From assembly GCA_965223335.1 (NCBI GenBank), contig OZ244991.1, forward strand, positions 128,001 through 192,000: DNA of 64,000 nt, in the 5' to 3' direction. Source of the DNA: Thermodesulfobacteriota bacterium (GTDB lineage Bacteria > Desulfobacterota_D > UBA1144 > Nemesobacterales > UBA2774). The notes beneath the pieces were generated by a model. That model was not told the origin of the DNA and ran no database searches. It was given only the letters and a program-made list of their open reading frames with translations. This document shows, piece by piece, positions 53,498 through 64,000 of the stretch. Positions within the stretch are counted from its first letter, which is position 1. Each line of letters starts with the position of its first letter. Made by a program: the position numbers and the translations under genes.

Positions 53498-55091
53498 TGA
53501 TGTAGTCAAAATATACGATGTAACACTCCGTGACGGTACACAGGGAGAGAGTGTATCGTTTTCGATACACGATAAGATTCGTATAGCGTCTAAGCTGGAC
53601 GAACTGGGTGTGCACTATATCGAAGGCGGGTGGCCCGGGTCAAACGACCGGGACGCAGGATTCTTTGAGGAAGCCAAGAAACTAAAACTCAAAACATCCA
53701 AGATATCAGCATTCGGGAGCACTAGGAGAGCCAAGAAATCGTGTGACGACGACGAGAGCATACAGGCACTGCTCTCAGCCGAGACCCCAGCGGTAACCAT
53801 CGTGGGCAAGAGCTGGGACTTCCACGTGAATGAGGCTCTTAGGATCTCGCTCGATGAAAACCTTGATATTATCCAGGACTCAATCAGATACCTAAAAGAA
53901 AGGGTGGACGAAGTATTTTTTGACGCTGAGCATTTCTTCGACGGATATAAAAATAACCCCGTCCACGCCCTGGAAGCCATAAAGGCTGCATATGACGCAG
54001 GCACCGATGTGATTGTGCTTTGCGACACAAACGGCGGCACATTACCCTGGGAAGTAGAGTCCATTGTGCGCGAGGTCAACTCCAAGTTGGACAACCCCCC
54101 TCTCGGCATACACACACATAACGACAGCGAGGTGGGTGTTGCTAACACTCTTTATGCTGTGCGCGAGGGCGTGCGCCAAGTGCAGGGAACCATTAACGGC
54201 TACGGCGAGCGCTGCGGTAATGCAAACCTGTGCTCGATCATCCCCAACCTGAAACTCAAGCTCGACATGGAGTGCATAGAGGACAAAAACCTAAAACGAC
54301 TCTACGACGTCTCACACTTTATACACGAACTCACCAACCTGCCCCCCATCAAACACAGACCGTTTGTGGGCGAGAGCGCATTTGCTCATAAAGGCGGGAT
54401 ACATGTGAGTGCAGTAATGAAAAACTCAGAGACCTACGAACACATAGAGCCTGACATTGTGGGCAACCACAGGCGCGTGCTTGTGTCTGACCTCTCTGGC
54501 CGCAGCAACATACTGTATAAGGCTAACGAGTTGGGAATAGACCTAGACCCTAAAGACGAACGAATAGTTAATGTACTCGAAGAACTGAAAACACTAGAGA
54601 ACGAAGGGTATGAGTTTGAGGGTGCAGATGCATCGTTCGAACTACTGGTGCGTAAGGCGCTTGGTGAATATAGAAAACCGTTTTTCCTACTCGGCGCCAG
54701 GACAATTACCGAGAAGCGAACCGATGACGATGTACCTGTTACGGAAGCCACACTTATCATTCAGGTAGACGGTATACAAGAACACACGGCAGCTATAGGC
54801 AACGGGCCCGTAAATGCGCTTGACAGAGCACTCAGAAAAGCTCTCGAGAAATTCTACCCTGCACTAAAAGAGGTCAAGTTAAAGGACTACCGCGTGAGGG
54901 TCGTGTCCTCGACCCAGGGCACAGACTCGAGGGTGCGTGTGCTCATAGAGTCTGGGGACGGTGACAGCGATTGGAGCACAGTAGGTGTGTCGGAAAACAT
55001 TGTGGAAGCAAGCTGGAAAGCCCTTACAGATAGTATTGATTATAAGCTTCTAAAAGACGAGGCGAAAAGAGCCGAAGAGGCCAGGGGCTAA
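53490..55091 (+). CDS. cimA: citramalate synthase (LeuA-like)
   Basis: [55 protein letters not shown]; follows lysC. Confidence 0.9.
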   Translation: MSSDVVKIYDVTLRDGTQGESVSFSIHDKIRIASKLDELGVHYIEGGWPGSNDRDAGFFEEAKKLKLKTSKISAFGSTRRAKKSCDDDESIQALLSAETPAVTIVGKSWDFHVNEALRISLDENLDIIQDSIRYLKERVDEVFFDAEHFFDGYKNNPVHALEAIKAAYDAGTDVIVLCDTNGGTLPWEVESIVREVNSKLDNPPLGIHTHNDSEVGVANTLYAVREGVRQVQGTINGYGERCGNANLCSIIPNLKLKLDMECIEDKNLKRLYDVSHFIHELTNLPPIKHRPFVGESAFAHKGGIHVSAVMKNSETYEHIEPDIVGNHRRVLVSDLSGRSNILYKANELGIDLDPKDERIVNVLEELKTLENEGYEFEGADASFELLVRKALGEYRKPFFLLGARTITEKRTDDDVPVTEATLIIQVDGIQEHTAAIGNGPVNALDRALRKALEKFYPALKEVKLKDYRVRVVSSTQGTDSRVRVLIESGDGDSDWSTVGVSENIVEASWKALTDSIDYKLLKDEAKRAEEARG

Positions 55092-56227
55092 TCCCCCTGC
55101 TCCGAGTATCTACTCTCTTGCCCGCGACATATCATCTTGATTTTATCCCAGTCATAGTCCTCTAAACTTACGGTATATTCGGGCTTGTTCTGCTCAATCA
55201 TTCTTTCTAAACTCTTTATCCTATCCGCAGTCCTTGGATGCGTAGACAGGTAGTCAATATCAAACTCATATTTGCCGTACTCGTTTTGTATAATTTTAAA
55301 GAAATCGACCATCCCCGTGGGATCAATCCGAGCTTTTCGGATCAGTACTAAGCCCTGGGTATCGGCAGTGACTTCGTCCTTACGCGTATAGCCCAACACA
55401 CCCAGCAACCCCGCCATATCGATCACGTTACCTAACCCCTGGCTGTCTCCGGTGATTGCAGCCACCAGCAGGTCTATTGTGTAGCCACGGAAAAGCGATT
55501 TCATCCCGTGGCGATGCTCTACATGCTGCACCTCATGAGCTAGCACACCTAAAAGCTCCTCGGGCCTCTTGGTTTTTTCCAAAAGCCCCTGGTACACCAC
55601 TACGTATCCCCCAGGCAGCGCAAACGCATTTATCATACTCCCTTGGGCAACTGTGAGTGTGTATTTGTAGCGCGAGTCGTCCAACTCATCTGTAAGAAGT
55701 GCTAGCAGGCCTTCTAACTTGGCCTTTCTCTCTTTGTCATTGCATTCATCCGACAGGCTGACCAATTGATCAACATACGACTCCCCAATCATCTCTTCCC
55801 ACTCAACCGGCACGTTCATAGCGGCACGGTCCGAAACAAACGGTACTATCCAAAAATAAAGTATCGGAATAATAATCATTGACCCAACAAGTGCGACTGC
55901 CGCTAAAACAAATAGCTTAGATCTACTAATATGCTTTTTAAAGTTTTTATTGAAATCAGGGGCTATGTGCTTTAATGAATCAATTATATCGTCATTCTTA
56001 AATACTAGAGCCTCTAGGGAATCTCGACCGTTTTGAAGATATACAGGTTCACCTACATGGAATCCCTGTGTCTGTACAATTTCCGAGTAGTTCCAAACTA
56101 TAGGAGAGCTGTCTTTGCGTATGATCTGGAGTGAATCGAACTGCAGAACTACCTTTACCTCTTCCCGTGCGGCAGTCTTGCCGTCATAAAAGCTTCCGAC
56201 CCAGTTGGTCTTGATACTGTCACTCAT
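55088..56227 (-). CDS. M48 family metallopeptidase
   Basis: One TM segment, [26 protein letters not shown]. Confidence 0.92.
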   Translation of the reverse strand: MSDSIKTNWVGSFYDGKTAAREEVKVVLQFDSLQIIRKDSSPIVWNYSEIVQTQGFHVGEPVYLQNGRDSLEALVFKNDDIIDSLKHIAPDFNKNFKKHISRSKLFVLAAVALVGSMIIIPILYFWIVPFVSDRAAMNVPVEWEEMIGESYVDQLVSLSDECNDKERKAKLEGLLALLTDELDDSRYKYTLTVAQGSMINAFALPGGYVVVYQGLLEKTKRPEELLGVLAHEVQHVEHRHGMKSLFRGYTIDLLVAAITGDSQGLGNVIDMAGLLGVLGYTRKDEVTADTQGLVLIRKARIDPTGMVDFFKIIQNEYGKYEFDIDYLSTHPRTADRIKSLERMIEQNKPEYTVSLEDYDWDKIKMICRGQESRYSEQGD

Positions 56228-56240
56228 GACTTAGCCGTAT

Positions 56241-57230
56241 TTATATACCTAGGTTCATACCTAAAACATCTATATCCAAGATATCCGTTATCCCCTCACC
56301 CGTTGCCGACACATCTTTTGCTTCCTGCACAATCTCATCCAGATTGAGCTCTCCATCAAGGTATAGGTTGTCCAATACAAAATTAATATTGCGCACGCTA
56401 ACCCATGGCCACCCTAAACCCAATGTGAATAAGTAGATAAGCAAGTTTCCTAACTTAAGTGTAAACAGTTCCGTACCTTGTACAGTCGACCTGAAAGTAG
56501 CACCCTTAAAATGAGTGTGCGACCAGTAGTATCTGTACCTCCATGCGCTGAACCAAAACCAGTATATACCGAGCGTAAAAATACTGAGTATGATAGCAAT
56601 TATAAAATTCTTTACTATATCTGTCCCTTCCCCGTCAAACTCGAACTTTTCGTTACCATAGTATGAGTTCTCTACCAAATACTTCCTCATGTTGTTATGG
56701 AAATAGGGATAATAAATCCAGAATGTCAGTACAGATAAAATAAGCCCGGGTACATAGAGGCGTAAGAATTCTTTAGGGCGTCCTCTGAATGAGAAACGGA
56801 TGCCTCTAAGGGATGTACGGCTTAACCTATACCTCTGTGAATAGACCATACCTATGGGCATAAATATCAGGAAAAACAGGAATATCATCATATCACCTAT
56901 CGTTTTATTCCACATGCTCTTAGATACCAAGTCCAGCAGTATCGGCAATCCAATCAAACCACCTAAGACAACTGCCGCGATCAACCATCCCCTAAGCAGT
57001 TCTCCACCTGTACCGTGATACCCGAATCTATCGTCTTCAAAAGCAGTTTGGTGATACATGTAGTTCCTGATCCTCACCTTACCCCAGAAGTAGAAAACCC
57101 CTAATGTCACTAAAATAAGAAAAAGGTTATAGATGAAAATGCCAAACAAGGTACCGCTATCACCCATAAATTTGAACTCATGGGTTTTGAAATCCGAGCT
57201 TTCAACGCCCCGCTCTAGGCTTGCATCCAT
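56241..57230 (-). CDS. YjgN/DUF898 membrane protein
   Basis: Repeated TLG(V/I)(F/Y)xxW motifs and F.Y.GTGGEL; paired with an M48 peptidase. ATG 57230 after GGGAG. Confidence 0.88.
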   Translation of the reverse strand: MDASLERGVESSDFKTHEFKFMGDSGTLFGIFIYNLFLILVTLGVFYFWGKVRIRNYMYHQTAFEDDRFGYHGTGGELLRGWLIAAVVLGGLIGLPILLDLVSKSMWNKTIGDMMIFLFFLIFMPIGMVYSQRYRLSRTSLRGIRFSFRGRPKEFLRLYVPGLILSVLTFWIYYPYFHNNMRKYLVENSYYGNEKFEFDGEGTDIVKNFIIAIILSIFTLGIYWFWFSAWRYRYYWSHTHFKGATFRSTVQGTELFTLKLGNLLIYLFTLGLGWPWVSVRNINFVLDNLYLDGELNLDEIVQEAKDVSATGEGITDILDIDVLGMNLGI

Positions 57231-57425
57231 ATCCGCACACTCCCATTTCTCACCAACACTAATCAAACAGTTAATTAATCAATTATAGTCCCAAACTCTC
57301 TCGACGGTTAAATCTATTGATCCTTAACTACCATGATATTATCGATTAGAAAGAAAATAAAGCAGCAAATTTAAACGAGCAGAAACTCGGTATATTTGGC
57401 TATTAAGCATTGGAGTAGGAAAGTA

Positions 57426-59039
57426 TTATAGAAACTCCAATAATGCATCTAACGCATCATTAATAACATCGTCGGGGTACTCGCTCATTAGTGAGATCTG
57501 TATCCAGTTACGCTCCACAAGATAGTTGCTTCTGTAACTCAACAGATAGCCCCGTGCATCGAGCCTCTCCCCTATCTCAAGTGAGACATGATGCTCGGGC
57601 AACTCAAATGTGATTAATGGTGTAGGTGGGTGGGCGTTCCGAGTAACAAGCTTTAGCCCGCTTTGCTCCAATGTCTCCCGGAGCCAAACAGACTGGTTTC
57701 GGATCTTAGTGAATTTCGTATAAGTATCCAGGCTCTGCAACGCAGCATTTAGAGCATAGAGCTGGTTAGAAGACATTGTAAATGGAACCCCGCCCGATCC
57801 TGCGTAGTATGCGAGGTCCATGTATTTCGGGATGTGGCTATTATTATGTGGTTTTATGTCGTGGTTATAAAAAACAAAGCTCAATCCGGGGTAAGAGCGA
57901 AGCCCCTTGCCGCTTGAGCCGGTTGCAAAATACACACCGTTAAGATCAACCTCTACATTACCCAGCGAACTGATGCAATCGACTACGGGCTTTACACCCC
58001 TATGCGATGCAATGCGCTTAAGTGATTCTAAATCGTTTAGTACCCCGGTAGAGGTCTCGAGTTGGACAAACCAAACCCATGCTATATCGGGGTTAGTATC
58101 GATTATGGATTCAATCTCACTTGGTTCAAATACCTCACCCCAATCCACTCGATATGTTTCGAATTCAAGCCCGGTTCTCGTGGCTTGATCCAAAAGACGT
58201 TCTCCAAACTCGCCGTTACTAAGTATCAAGCCTCCTTTATCCATCACACACAGTTGTGCGGCAACCACATCGTTTGCTACCGTGCCCGCGCCCGAGATAA
58301 TTTGGACATGCGAGGTGCCAACTAAAGAGTTCAGTAGGCGGCAGGTCTGGTCATAATTTTTCAAAAAATCCTCCGAGCGGTGCGATACAGGGTCAAGCTC
58401 AAACTCCCTCTTTACCTCGGGCTTAATAACCACAGGGCCCGGAAGCAGGTTAATCGGCTCGCTCAACACACCGTTACCGGAGGTCCTCAAGAATTTGGTA
58501 TCCTGCTTTAGCTTTGAGTATGAATCGGGTGTGAGGTACATGGGCTGGAACATTGCACCATTACTTCCCACAAGGGATCCGAACTCCATAAACCCCAGTT
58601 TCTTATATAGCTTCAACTGAGTGACAGTTGCAGAGATCAAAGCAAGATCATAACCCGACTCTTCACAGTACTTTGCAAGTTTACGAAACAACCCCTGCAA
58701 TACGAGCCTGCTCCTCCTCGATTTAGAAATCGAGAGCAGCCTTATCTCGCAAGCATTTGTATAGGGTGGTAGGTAATCATCTAGAGAATCGAGTTTTGAG
58801 TCGAGCGAAAACGGGCGCTTGTCTCTAACTGCTATCATTCCGTTTAAACACCTACCCTCTGCACATATGATATAGGTGTTCTCGCTATGGAACTTGTCTA
58901 TCAGCGTTCGGTCATGATTTCGGCCGTGTTGAGGTATCTCTTCCACAAACGTTTGATAGTTTAGTTTATGGATTTCCTCAAATTCCCATTTTTCCGTGGC
59001 GATCTTAAAATCCATACTACTCTTATAAACTGTAGTCAT
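57426..59039 (-). CDS. GNAT acyltransferase / class V PLP aminotransferase fusion
   Basis: N-terminus LNY.TFVEEIPQH..EIRLL..LYKKLGF; C-terminus LLPGPV, SHRS, NGEFGERL, ETSTG, VDCISS, SSGK (PLP lysine). Confidence 0.85.
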   Translation of the reverse strand: MTTVYKSSMDFKIATEKWEFEEIHKLNYQTFVEEIPQHGRNHDRTLIDKFHSENTYIICAEGRCLNGMIAVRDKRPFSLDSKLDSLDDYLPPYTNACEIRLLSISKSRRSRLVLQGLFRKLAKYCEESGYDLALISATVTQLKLYKKLGFMEFGSLVGSNGAMFQPMYLTPDSYSKLKQDTKFLRTSGNGVLSEPINLLPGPVVIKPEVKREFELDPVSHRSEDFLKNYDQTCRLLNSLVGTSHVQIISGAGTVANDVVAAQLCVMDKGGLILSNGEFGERLLDQATRTGLEFETYRVDWGEVFEPSEIESIIDTNPDIAWVWFVQLETSTGVLNDLESLKRIASHRGVKPVVDCISSLGNVEVDLNGVYFATGSSGKGLRSYPGLSFVFYNHDIKPHNNSHIPKYMDLAYYAGSGGVPFTMSSNQLYALNAALQSLDTYTKFTKIRNQSVWLRETLEQSGLKLVTRNAHPPTPLITFELPEHHVSLEIGERLDARGYLLSYRSNYLVERNWIQISLMSEYPDDVINDALDALLEFL

Positions 59040-59291
59040 ATGTGCTCAAATATTTGATCATAATAAATTTGATGCGTGTTAGGTTAAGGCTCACGACCGA
59101 AGAATCAAGAAAATCACTGAAACATCATGCCCTAAATAATCATTATATAGAATATCGAAATTAACCTCATATTATCACTATATCTGAACAATTACCGTTA
59201 TTTCAATAATTTTTACCACAGGAATCAATACAACTAGCATGTTCCTACAAAATACGTCCGTGTTGACGTTTTTTGTTCAACCAATGTCATG

Positions 59292-59319
59292 AGCAACATT
59301 TTGCGCAACAAATATTGCT
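59292..59319. promoter_or_regulatory. inverted repeat upstream of a sigma54 promoter
   Basis: AGCAACATTT-N8-AAATATTGCT, 9 of 10 bases complementary. Confidence 0.4.
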
Positions 59320-59350
59320 AATGGTTGCTATCGGTTACAAAACATTCACT

Positions 59351-59366
59351 TGGCATAAACATTGCA
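59351..59366 (+). promoter_or_regulatory. sigma54 (-24/-12) promoter of the 1281-aa kinase
   Basis: TGGCATAAACATTGCA, GG-N10-GC. Confidence 0.8.
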
Positions 59367-59474
59367 ATATTTACAATTGAAATTGAAAAACAAATTGGAT
59401 CCACGATTTTAAGGGATGCAATTGTAAATAAATTTTTTAAGCTTATAATATAGTGAGTGATGGGAGTGTAGAAA

Positions 59475-62400
59475 ATGTCTCAAGCTAAAATACTCGTGGT
59501 AGAAGACCAGGACCAGCTCGCCACATATATAAAATTTTCGCTAAAGAGTTTCGGGTATGATGTGCCTGAAACTGCTTCGACAGGTGAACAGGCCGTAACG
59601 CTTGCCGACGAGATCAAACCCGACCTGATATTAATGGATATTATCCTTTCGGGCGACATTGACGGAATTGAGGCATCAAAAAGAATTAGAGCACAAAATG
59701 ATATACCCATTATCTATCTCACCGGACATAACGATAAGAGTATTATAGAAAAAGCACGCACCACCCATCCTTACGGATTTTTGATTAAGCCGTTTAAAAA
59801 AGCCGAACTCCAGACAACCATAGAGATTGCATTATACAAACACAAAGCTGAGCTCAATATTCGCGAGTCCGAGAAATGGTTAAACACAACAATTAACGGC
59901 ATAAGCAAAGCTGTGATAGTTACCAACAACCAGGGAATCATTGAGCACACTAATCCCATAGCCGATTACCTAACCGGTTGGAAGCAGTACGAGGCTAAAG
60001 GCAAACACATAACCGAGGTACTAAAACTTATAGACGCAGATGAACAAACTCCAATAGATAACCCGGTACTGCAAGCAATTGAGACCGAAGAGGTGGTGGA
60101 ATCCACAACCCAACACCTGTTGGTCAGCAAGAACCAAACCAAGACCCCGATCTATCACTATGTACGTCCAAACAAAGATATAAGCGGTAAAACGTGTGGA
60201 GCACTACTTGTACTCGAGCAGGAAATCACTAAAGAATCCGCAAACGGTAGTGCCGGCAAAGAAACAACAATACCTACAAGCTCCGATACTACTGAGGTAT
60301 GGCAAAACGACCACGCTGACAAGGTAATCGACATCGGCAAGCACTCAAGTCCTACAGCCGACGCCGCCCCGCCGCAACATGACGAAGAGAGGTCAATTGC
60401 CGAAGAGAAATACAAACAAGAGATCACAGATCTGTTGGAAGCCAATAGATCACTTAAGGAAAAAAATGACGAACTCTTCAAACAGGTGGATCAACAAAAA
60501 GAAGAGCTCGCGATAATTACCAAAGACCTTCAGACCGAGGCCTCAACAAGAAAAAGCGTAGAAGATAAACTTGAGAACCTAAACGATCAAACCGACAACA
60601 TTATAAAAGAGAAAACCATTCAGCTTTTTAGGGCCAATATCGAGCTTCAGGAGGAGATAGAAAACCTTAAAAAAGGCAACACGGAACAGCAAAACGATGT
60701 TTCAGACGATACGTCAAAATTGAGTGAACCCGCAACTACAGTAGACCCTGAGAAGCTATCCGAACTGGTTCAGAAAAATAAAAATCTATTAATAGAGAAC
60801 CAAAAGCTCCAGTCTCTTCATTCCGAAAACAAAAACATCATTGATGCTTACGAAAAAAACTTCCAAGAGCTCATTAAAAAGAATAAGTATGATGAAATTA
60901 CAAGCTCCATCTATAAAACTATTTACGAGACTAAGTCTACCGAAAAGTTAATAGAGAAAACCGCTGAATTAATCATCACGAACATGGACTGTGTCGACCA
61001 CACTACTATTTACCTAGTAGACGACACTACAGCCAAACTAAAAGCAAGCGAGGGGCTTCCGGAACAAGACCTCTCAAAACTCGAGTTTATCGAGAGGCCG
61101 ATATCACATATTTGGAAAGCGATCCTTGCCAAAGAGTCTATTCACTGCGAGAACCTGAGCGAGGAAGACCCCCTTGAGCCCTACTCGCCAAACGCGGGTA
61201 TTAAAAGCTATGTCACCACCCCGATTAAGAACGAGACCGAGGTCATTGGGTGCATCAACATATACAGCATACAGGATGGCAATAATTTTGAAGAAGATGA
61301 AAAGAACCTGCTTGATATAATTGCACAACAGCTCGGCATGACGCTGTCTAATACCGAGATTAGCGGTGAGTTAAAAAAATCGGAAGAAAGATACCGCATA
61401 CTTTTCGACAAAGCTCCCATTGGGGTTTTTATCTATGACAGCGATCATAAAATTACACATTGCAATGAAAAGATGGCCAATATGCTAAGCAGCGTTTGTG
61501 ATAACGCATATGGGTTCAATCTCAAAACACTTAGAAACGACCAACTCACATCCGCTATGGACAGTGTGTTCTTGGGTGAGCCTGCTAAAACCGAGTTTCT
61601 TTTTGACGGCAACACCGAATCTCGTGAGACCTGGCTCTCTGTATCTCTATCCCCGCTCACTCAGAGCAATGACAGATCATCGTTCGGAATGGGAGTGGCC
61701 GAAGACATAACCGACCAAAAGAACTCAGAGGCAGTACTTATTGAAGAGAAAGAAATGCTGGATGCTACACTCAGATCCATAGGCGACGGTGTGTTCGTAA
61801 CCGATACCGAGGGTCATGTGATATCAATGAACAAAATTTCAGAGGAGTTCAGCGGATGGACCCAGGAAGAAGCTATAGGCAAGAAACTATCCGAAATATT
61901 TGTACTGGTTAACAAAGAATCGCGTAAAGTTTGCGAATCTCCCATAGACAGGGCATTGGAGCAAAATGATTCCGTAGGACTTGTAAAAGACACCGTACTC
62001 TTGTCGCGGGACGGGACTGAAAAATTCCTCTCCGCCAGCTGCTCGCCCGTAAGAAACAAAGACCAAATCACCGTCGGTACCATTTTAGTATTTAGAGAGA
62101 TTACCAACATCAAAAAGAGAGACGAAGAGCTGCTTAAGGCACAAAAACTCGAGTCTGTATCGGCACTCGCAAGTGGCGTAGCACACGACCTAAACAACAT
62201 TTTAACCGGTATCATGGGCAACCTTACACTGTCCAAGGTTTATGTGCAGGAAGACGAGGTAACATACAGCCGGATAGTGGAATCGGAAAAGGCTTGCTAC
62301 CAGGCTGCAGACCTCGCCAAACGCCTTATTTCTTTTGCCAATATCGAGTCACCTACAAAAAAGGTCATGTCAGATGTAGCAGAGCTTATAACATCTGCTG

Positions 62401-63320
62401 CCGAGTTAGCTACAAAGGGTTCAAATGTAATGTGTGAATTCTCGATTCCCGAAGACCTATGGTCAATAGAAGCTGATGAAAAACAGATAAATCAAGTTAT
62501 ATACAACCTGGTACAGAACGCTAAACAGGCCATGCCCGCAGGCGGTATTGTATATGTTTCAGTTGAGAACGAAGAGATTCAGGACGGTACATCCCGAAAC
62601 TTAGCTGATAGAAAATATATAAAGATAGAGGTAGCTGACACGGGCGAGGGTATTCCCAAGGAGCAAATCGAGAATATATTCGACCCCTATTTCAGCACAT
62701 CATCCAAACGCACTGGGCTTGGGTTAACAACATCGTTCACGATCGTAAAGAACCATGACGGGAAAATCGAGGTTGATTCAAAATTGGGAGAGGGCTCGGT
62801 GTTTAAGGTATATCTCCCTGCCGACGACGAGGTTGTCGTACTTACCGAAGAGACAACAGAAACCGACGTAGATATAATTACGCAAAGCTCATTTAGGGGA
62901 AGAATACTGCTAATGGACGACGATGCGGTGGTAAGAGAGACCGCAGGCGAGACGCTCGAGCTAATGGGTTACGAGGTTGAGTTTGCTAAAGACGGCATAG
63001 AAGCAATAGACATGTACGACAAAGCATACAAGGATGAAAACCTATACGATGTTGTAATACTCGATCTCACAGTATCGGGCGGGGCCGGGGCCAAAGACGC
63101 AATAGACAAGATCCTTGAGATCGACCCGGAAGCAAAAGCGCTTGTATCCAGCGGATACACTGAGGACCCTGTCATAACCAATTTTGCCGATTACGGGTTT
63201 AAGGGCTACATCAGCAAACCCTACAGCATAGAAGAACTATCGGACATAGTGAAAACTGCCATTAACAGTGGTGACAGTAGTAGTAGTGTGAACACAGAGG
63301 CATTTCAATTCAATCAGTAG
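59475..63320 (+). CDS. cytoplasmic hybrid kinase (REC-PAS-coiled coil-GAF-PAS-PAS-HisKA-HATPase-REC)
   Basis: N-terminal receiver (PDLILMDI, KPF), GVAHDLNNIL, NLVQNA, DTGEGI, FDPYFST..TGLGL, C-terminal receiver. Confidence 0.92.
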   Translation: MSQAKILVVEDQDQLATYIKFSLKSFGYDVPETASTGEQAVTLADEIKPDLILMDIILSGDIDGIEASKRIRAQNDIPIIYLTGHNDKSIIEKARTTHPYGFLIKPFKKAELQTTIEIALYKHKAELNIRESEKWLNTTINGISKAVIVTNNQGIIEHTNPIADYLTGWKQYEAKGKHITEVLKLIDADEQTPIDNPVLQAIETEEVVESTTQHLLVSKNQTKTPIYHYVRPNKDISGKTCGALLVLEQEITKESANGSAGKETTIPTSSDTTEVWQNDHADKVIDIGKHSSPTADAAPPQHDEERSIAEEKYKQEITDLLEANRSLKEKNDELFKQVDQQKEELAIITKDLQTEASTRKSVEDKLENLNDQTDNIIKEKTIQLFRANIELQEEIENLKKGNTEQQNDVSDDTSKLSEPATTVDPEKLSELVQKNKNLLIENQKLQSLHSENKNIIDAYEKNFQELIKKNKYDEITSSIYKTIYETKSTEKLIEKTAELIITNMDCVDHTTIYLVDDTTAKLKASEGLPEQDLSKLEFIERPISHIWKAILAKESIHCENLSEEDPLEPYSPNAGIKSYVTTPIKNETEVIGCINIYSIQDGNNFEEDEKNLLDIIAQQLGMTLSNTEISGELKKSEERYRILFDKAPIGVFIYDSDHKITHCNEKMANMLSSVCDNAYGFNLKTLRNDQLTSAMDSVFLGEPAKTEFLFDGNTESRETWLSVSLSPLTQSNDRSSFGMGVAEDITDQKNSEAVLIEEKEMLDATLRSIGDGVFVTDTEGHVISMNKISEEFSGWTQEEAIGKKLSEIFVLVNKESRKVCESPIDRALEQNDSVGLVKDTVLLSRDGTEKFLSASCSPVRNKDQITVGTILVFREITNIKKRDEELLKAQKLESVSALASGVAHDLNNILTGIMGNLTLSKVYVQEDEVTYSRIVESEKACYQAADLAKRLISFANIESPTKKVMSDVAELITSAAELATKGSNVMCEFSIPEDLWSIEADEKQINQVIYNLVQNAKQAMPAGGIVYVSVENEEIQDGTSRNLADRKYIKIEVADTGEGIPKEQIENIFDPYFSTSSKRTGLGLTTSFTIVKNHDGKIEVDSKLGEGSVFKVYLPADDEVVVLTEETTETDVDIITQSSFRGRILLMDDDAVVRETAGETLELMGYEVEFAKDGIEAIDMYDKAYKDENLYDVVILDLTVSGGAGAKDAIDKILEIDPEAKALVSSGYTEDPVITNFADYGFKGYISKPYSIEELSDIVKTAINSGDSSSSVNTEAFQFNQ

Positions 63321-63341
63321 TATCAATAATGAGTTCTGCGT

Positions 63342-64000
63342 CTACAATACAAAACGCTTGCCCTGATACGACTGTTTCCGTTCAAGCTCCCTCTGTATAC
63401 CCATTATAATTTCGTTGTGTCTTTGATCCCATTTAGGTGCTATCAATAGATCCTGCGGTGTATCGGTAAACAACCTTTCAATCACGATCTCGGGTGATAA
63501 GAGCTCAAGAAATTCTGTGATAAACTCCAAGTATTCCTCGTAAGAAAATAGTGGGAACGGCTGTTCCATATACATTCTGGCCAATGGGGTGTTTTTCACA
63601 ATATGAAGGTTGTGAATCTTAAAGTTGTCTATGCCAAGTGCGGAAACCTCGGTGGCCATCTCGAGCATCTCACTGCGCGTCTCGGTCGGCATACCCACTA
63701 TAACGTGGGCCCCGATCTCAATGTTTTTGTGCTTGGTGAGTCGGATTGCATCTACAACCGACTGGTAATCGTGCCCCCTGTTCATGAAGCTAAGCGTTTT
63801 ATCGTAAATAGACTCTATACCATATTCAACCGCCACATAATGATCCCTAGCCAAAGTTTGCAACAGGCCGATAATCTCCCCATTTACACAATCCGAGCGT
63901 GTACCTATGGCAAGCCCCACAACACTATCATGCCCGAGCGCTTCCCTGTACAATTTTTCCAGCCTTTCCACACTATCATAAGTACTCGTATACGCCTGGA
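63342..64000 (-). CDS. TIGR01212/YhcC-type radical SAM protein (5' part outside window)
   Basis: Frame is open to the window end (FQAYTSTY); GLAIGTRSDC, EYGIES, NRGHD, KIHNLHIVKNT. Confidence 0.9.
   Translation of the reverse strand, partial: QAYTSTYDSVERLEKLYREALGHDSVVGLAIGTRSDCVNGEIIGLLQTLARDHYVAVEYGIESIYDKTLSFMNRGHDYQSVVDAIRLTKHKNIEIGAHVIVGMPTETRSEMLEMATEVSALGIDNFKIHNLHIVKNTPLARMYMEQPFPLFSYEEYLEFITEFLELLSPEIVIERLFTDTPQDLLIAPKWDQRHNEIIMGIQRELERKQSYQGKRFVL

Overview
64 kb of bacterial chromosome, almost entirely coding. I found no rRNA, CRISPR array, transposase or integrase. Gene order resembles Deltaproteobacteria/Desulfobacterota-type genomes, possibly Dadabacteria-like; this is inference from synteny. 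Housekeeping blocks: leuC(partial)-leuD; rpoN-hpf-ptsN-hprK-rapZ-EIIA(Man); trpS; a long minus-strand run ogt-pgpA-cinA-recA-pilT/U-tsaB-DUF465-ilvB-ilvN-ilvC-psd-pssA-M16 peptidase-tRNA-Lys-tRNA-Leu-tig-clpP-clpX-lon-tRNA-Val-tRNA-Asp; a FabL-like SDR with cysS; nnr-tsaE-lysC-cimA; DUF898 with an M48 peptidase; and a partial YhcC-type radical SAM gene. There are six tRNAs. The most notable accessory elements are: (1) two tandem paralogous ~95-aa proteins with an unusual 8-ligand Cys/His zinc-finger-like pattern, divergent from a radical SAM/SPASM gene; (2) five correctly spaced sigma54 (-24/-12) sites, upstream of rpoN itself, a DUF4242-like gene, two large hybrid kinases and the first zinc-finger gene, four of them with GTTGAC/GTCAAC-type half-sites upstream; (3) a phosphorelay cluster (4xPAS kinase, Hpt, 2xGAF kinase) interleaved with a DUF4301 protein and a DPP III/M49-like protein carrying an altered HDxxH motif; (4) a GNAT/PLP-aminotransferase fusion; (5) a heme-oxygenase-like diiron enzyme gene lying antisense between tRNA-Ser(GCT) and tRNA-Arg(ACG). 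All family assignments come from motif recognition by eye; no database searches were run.
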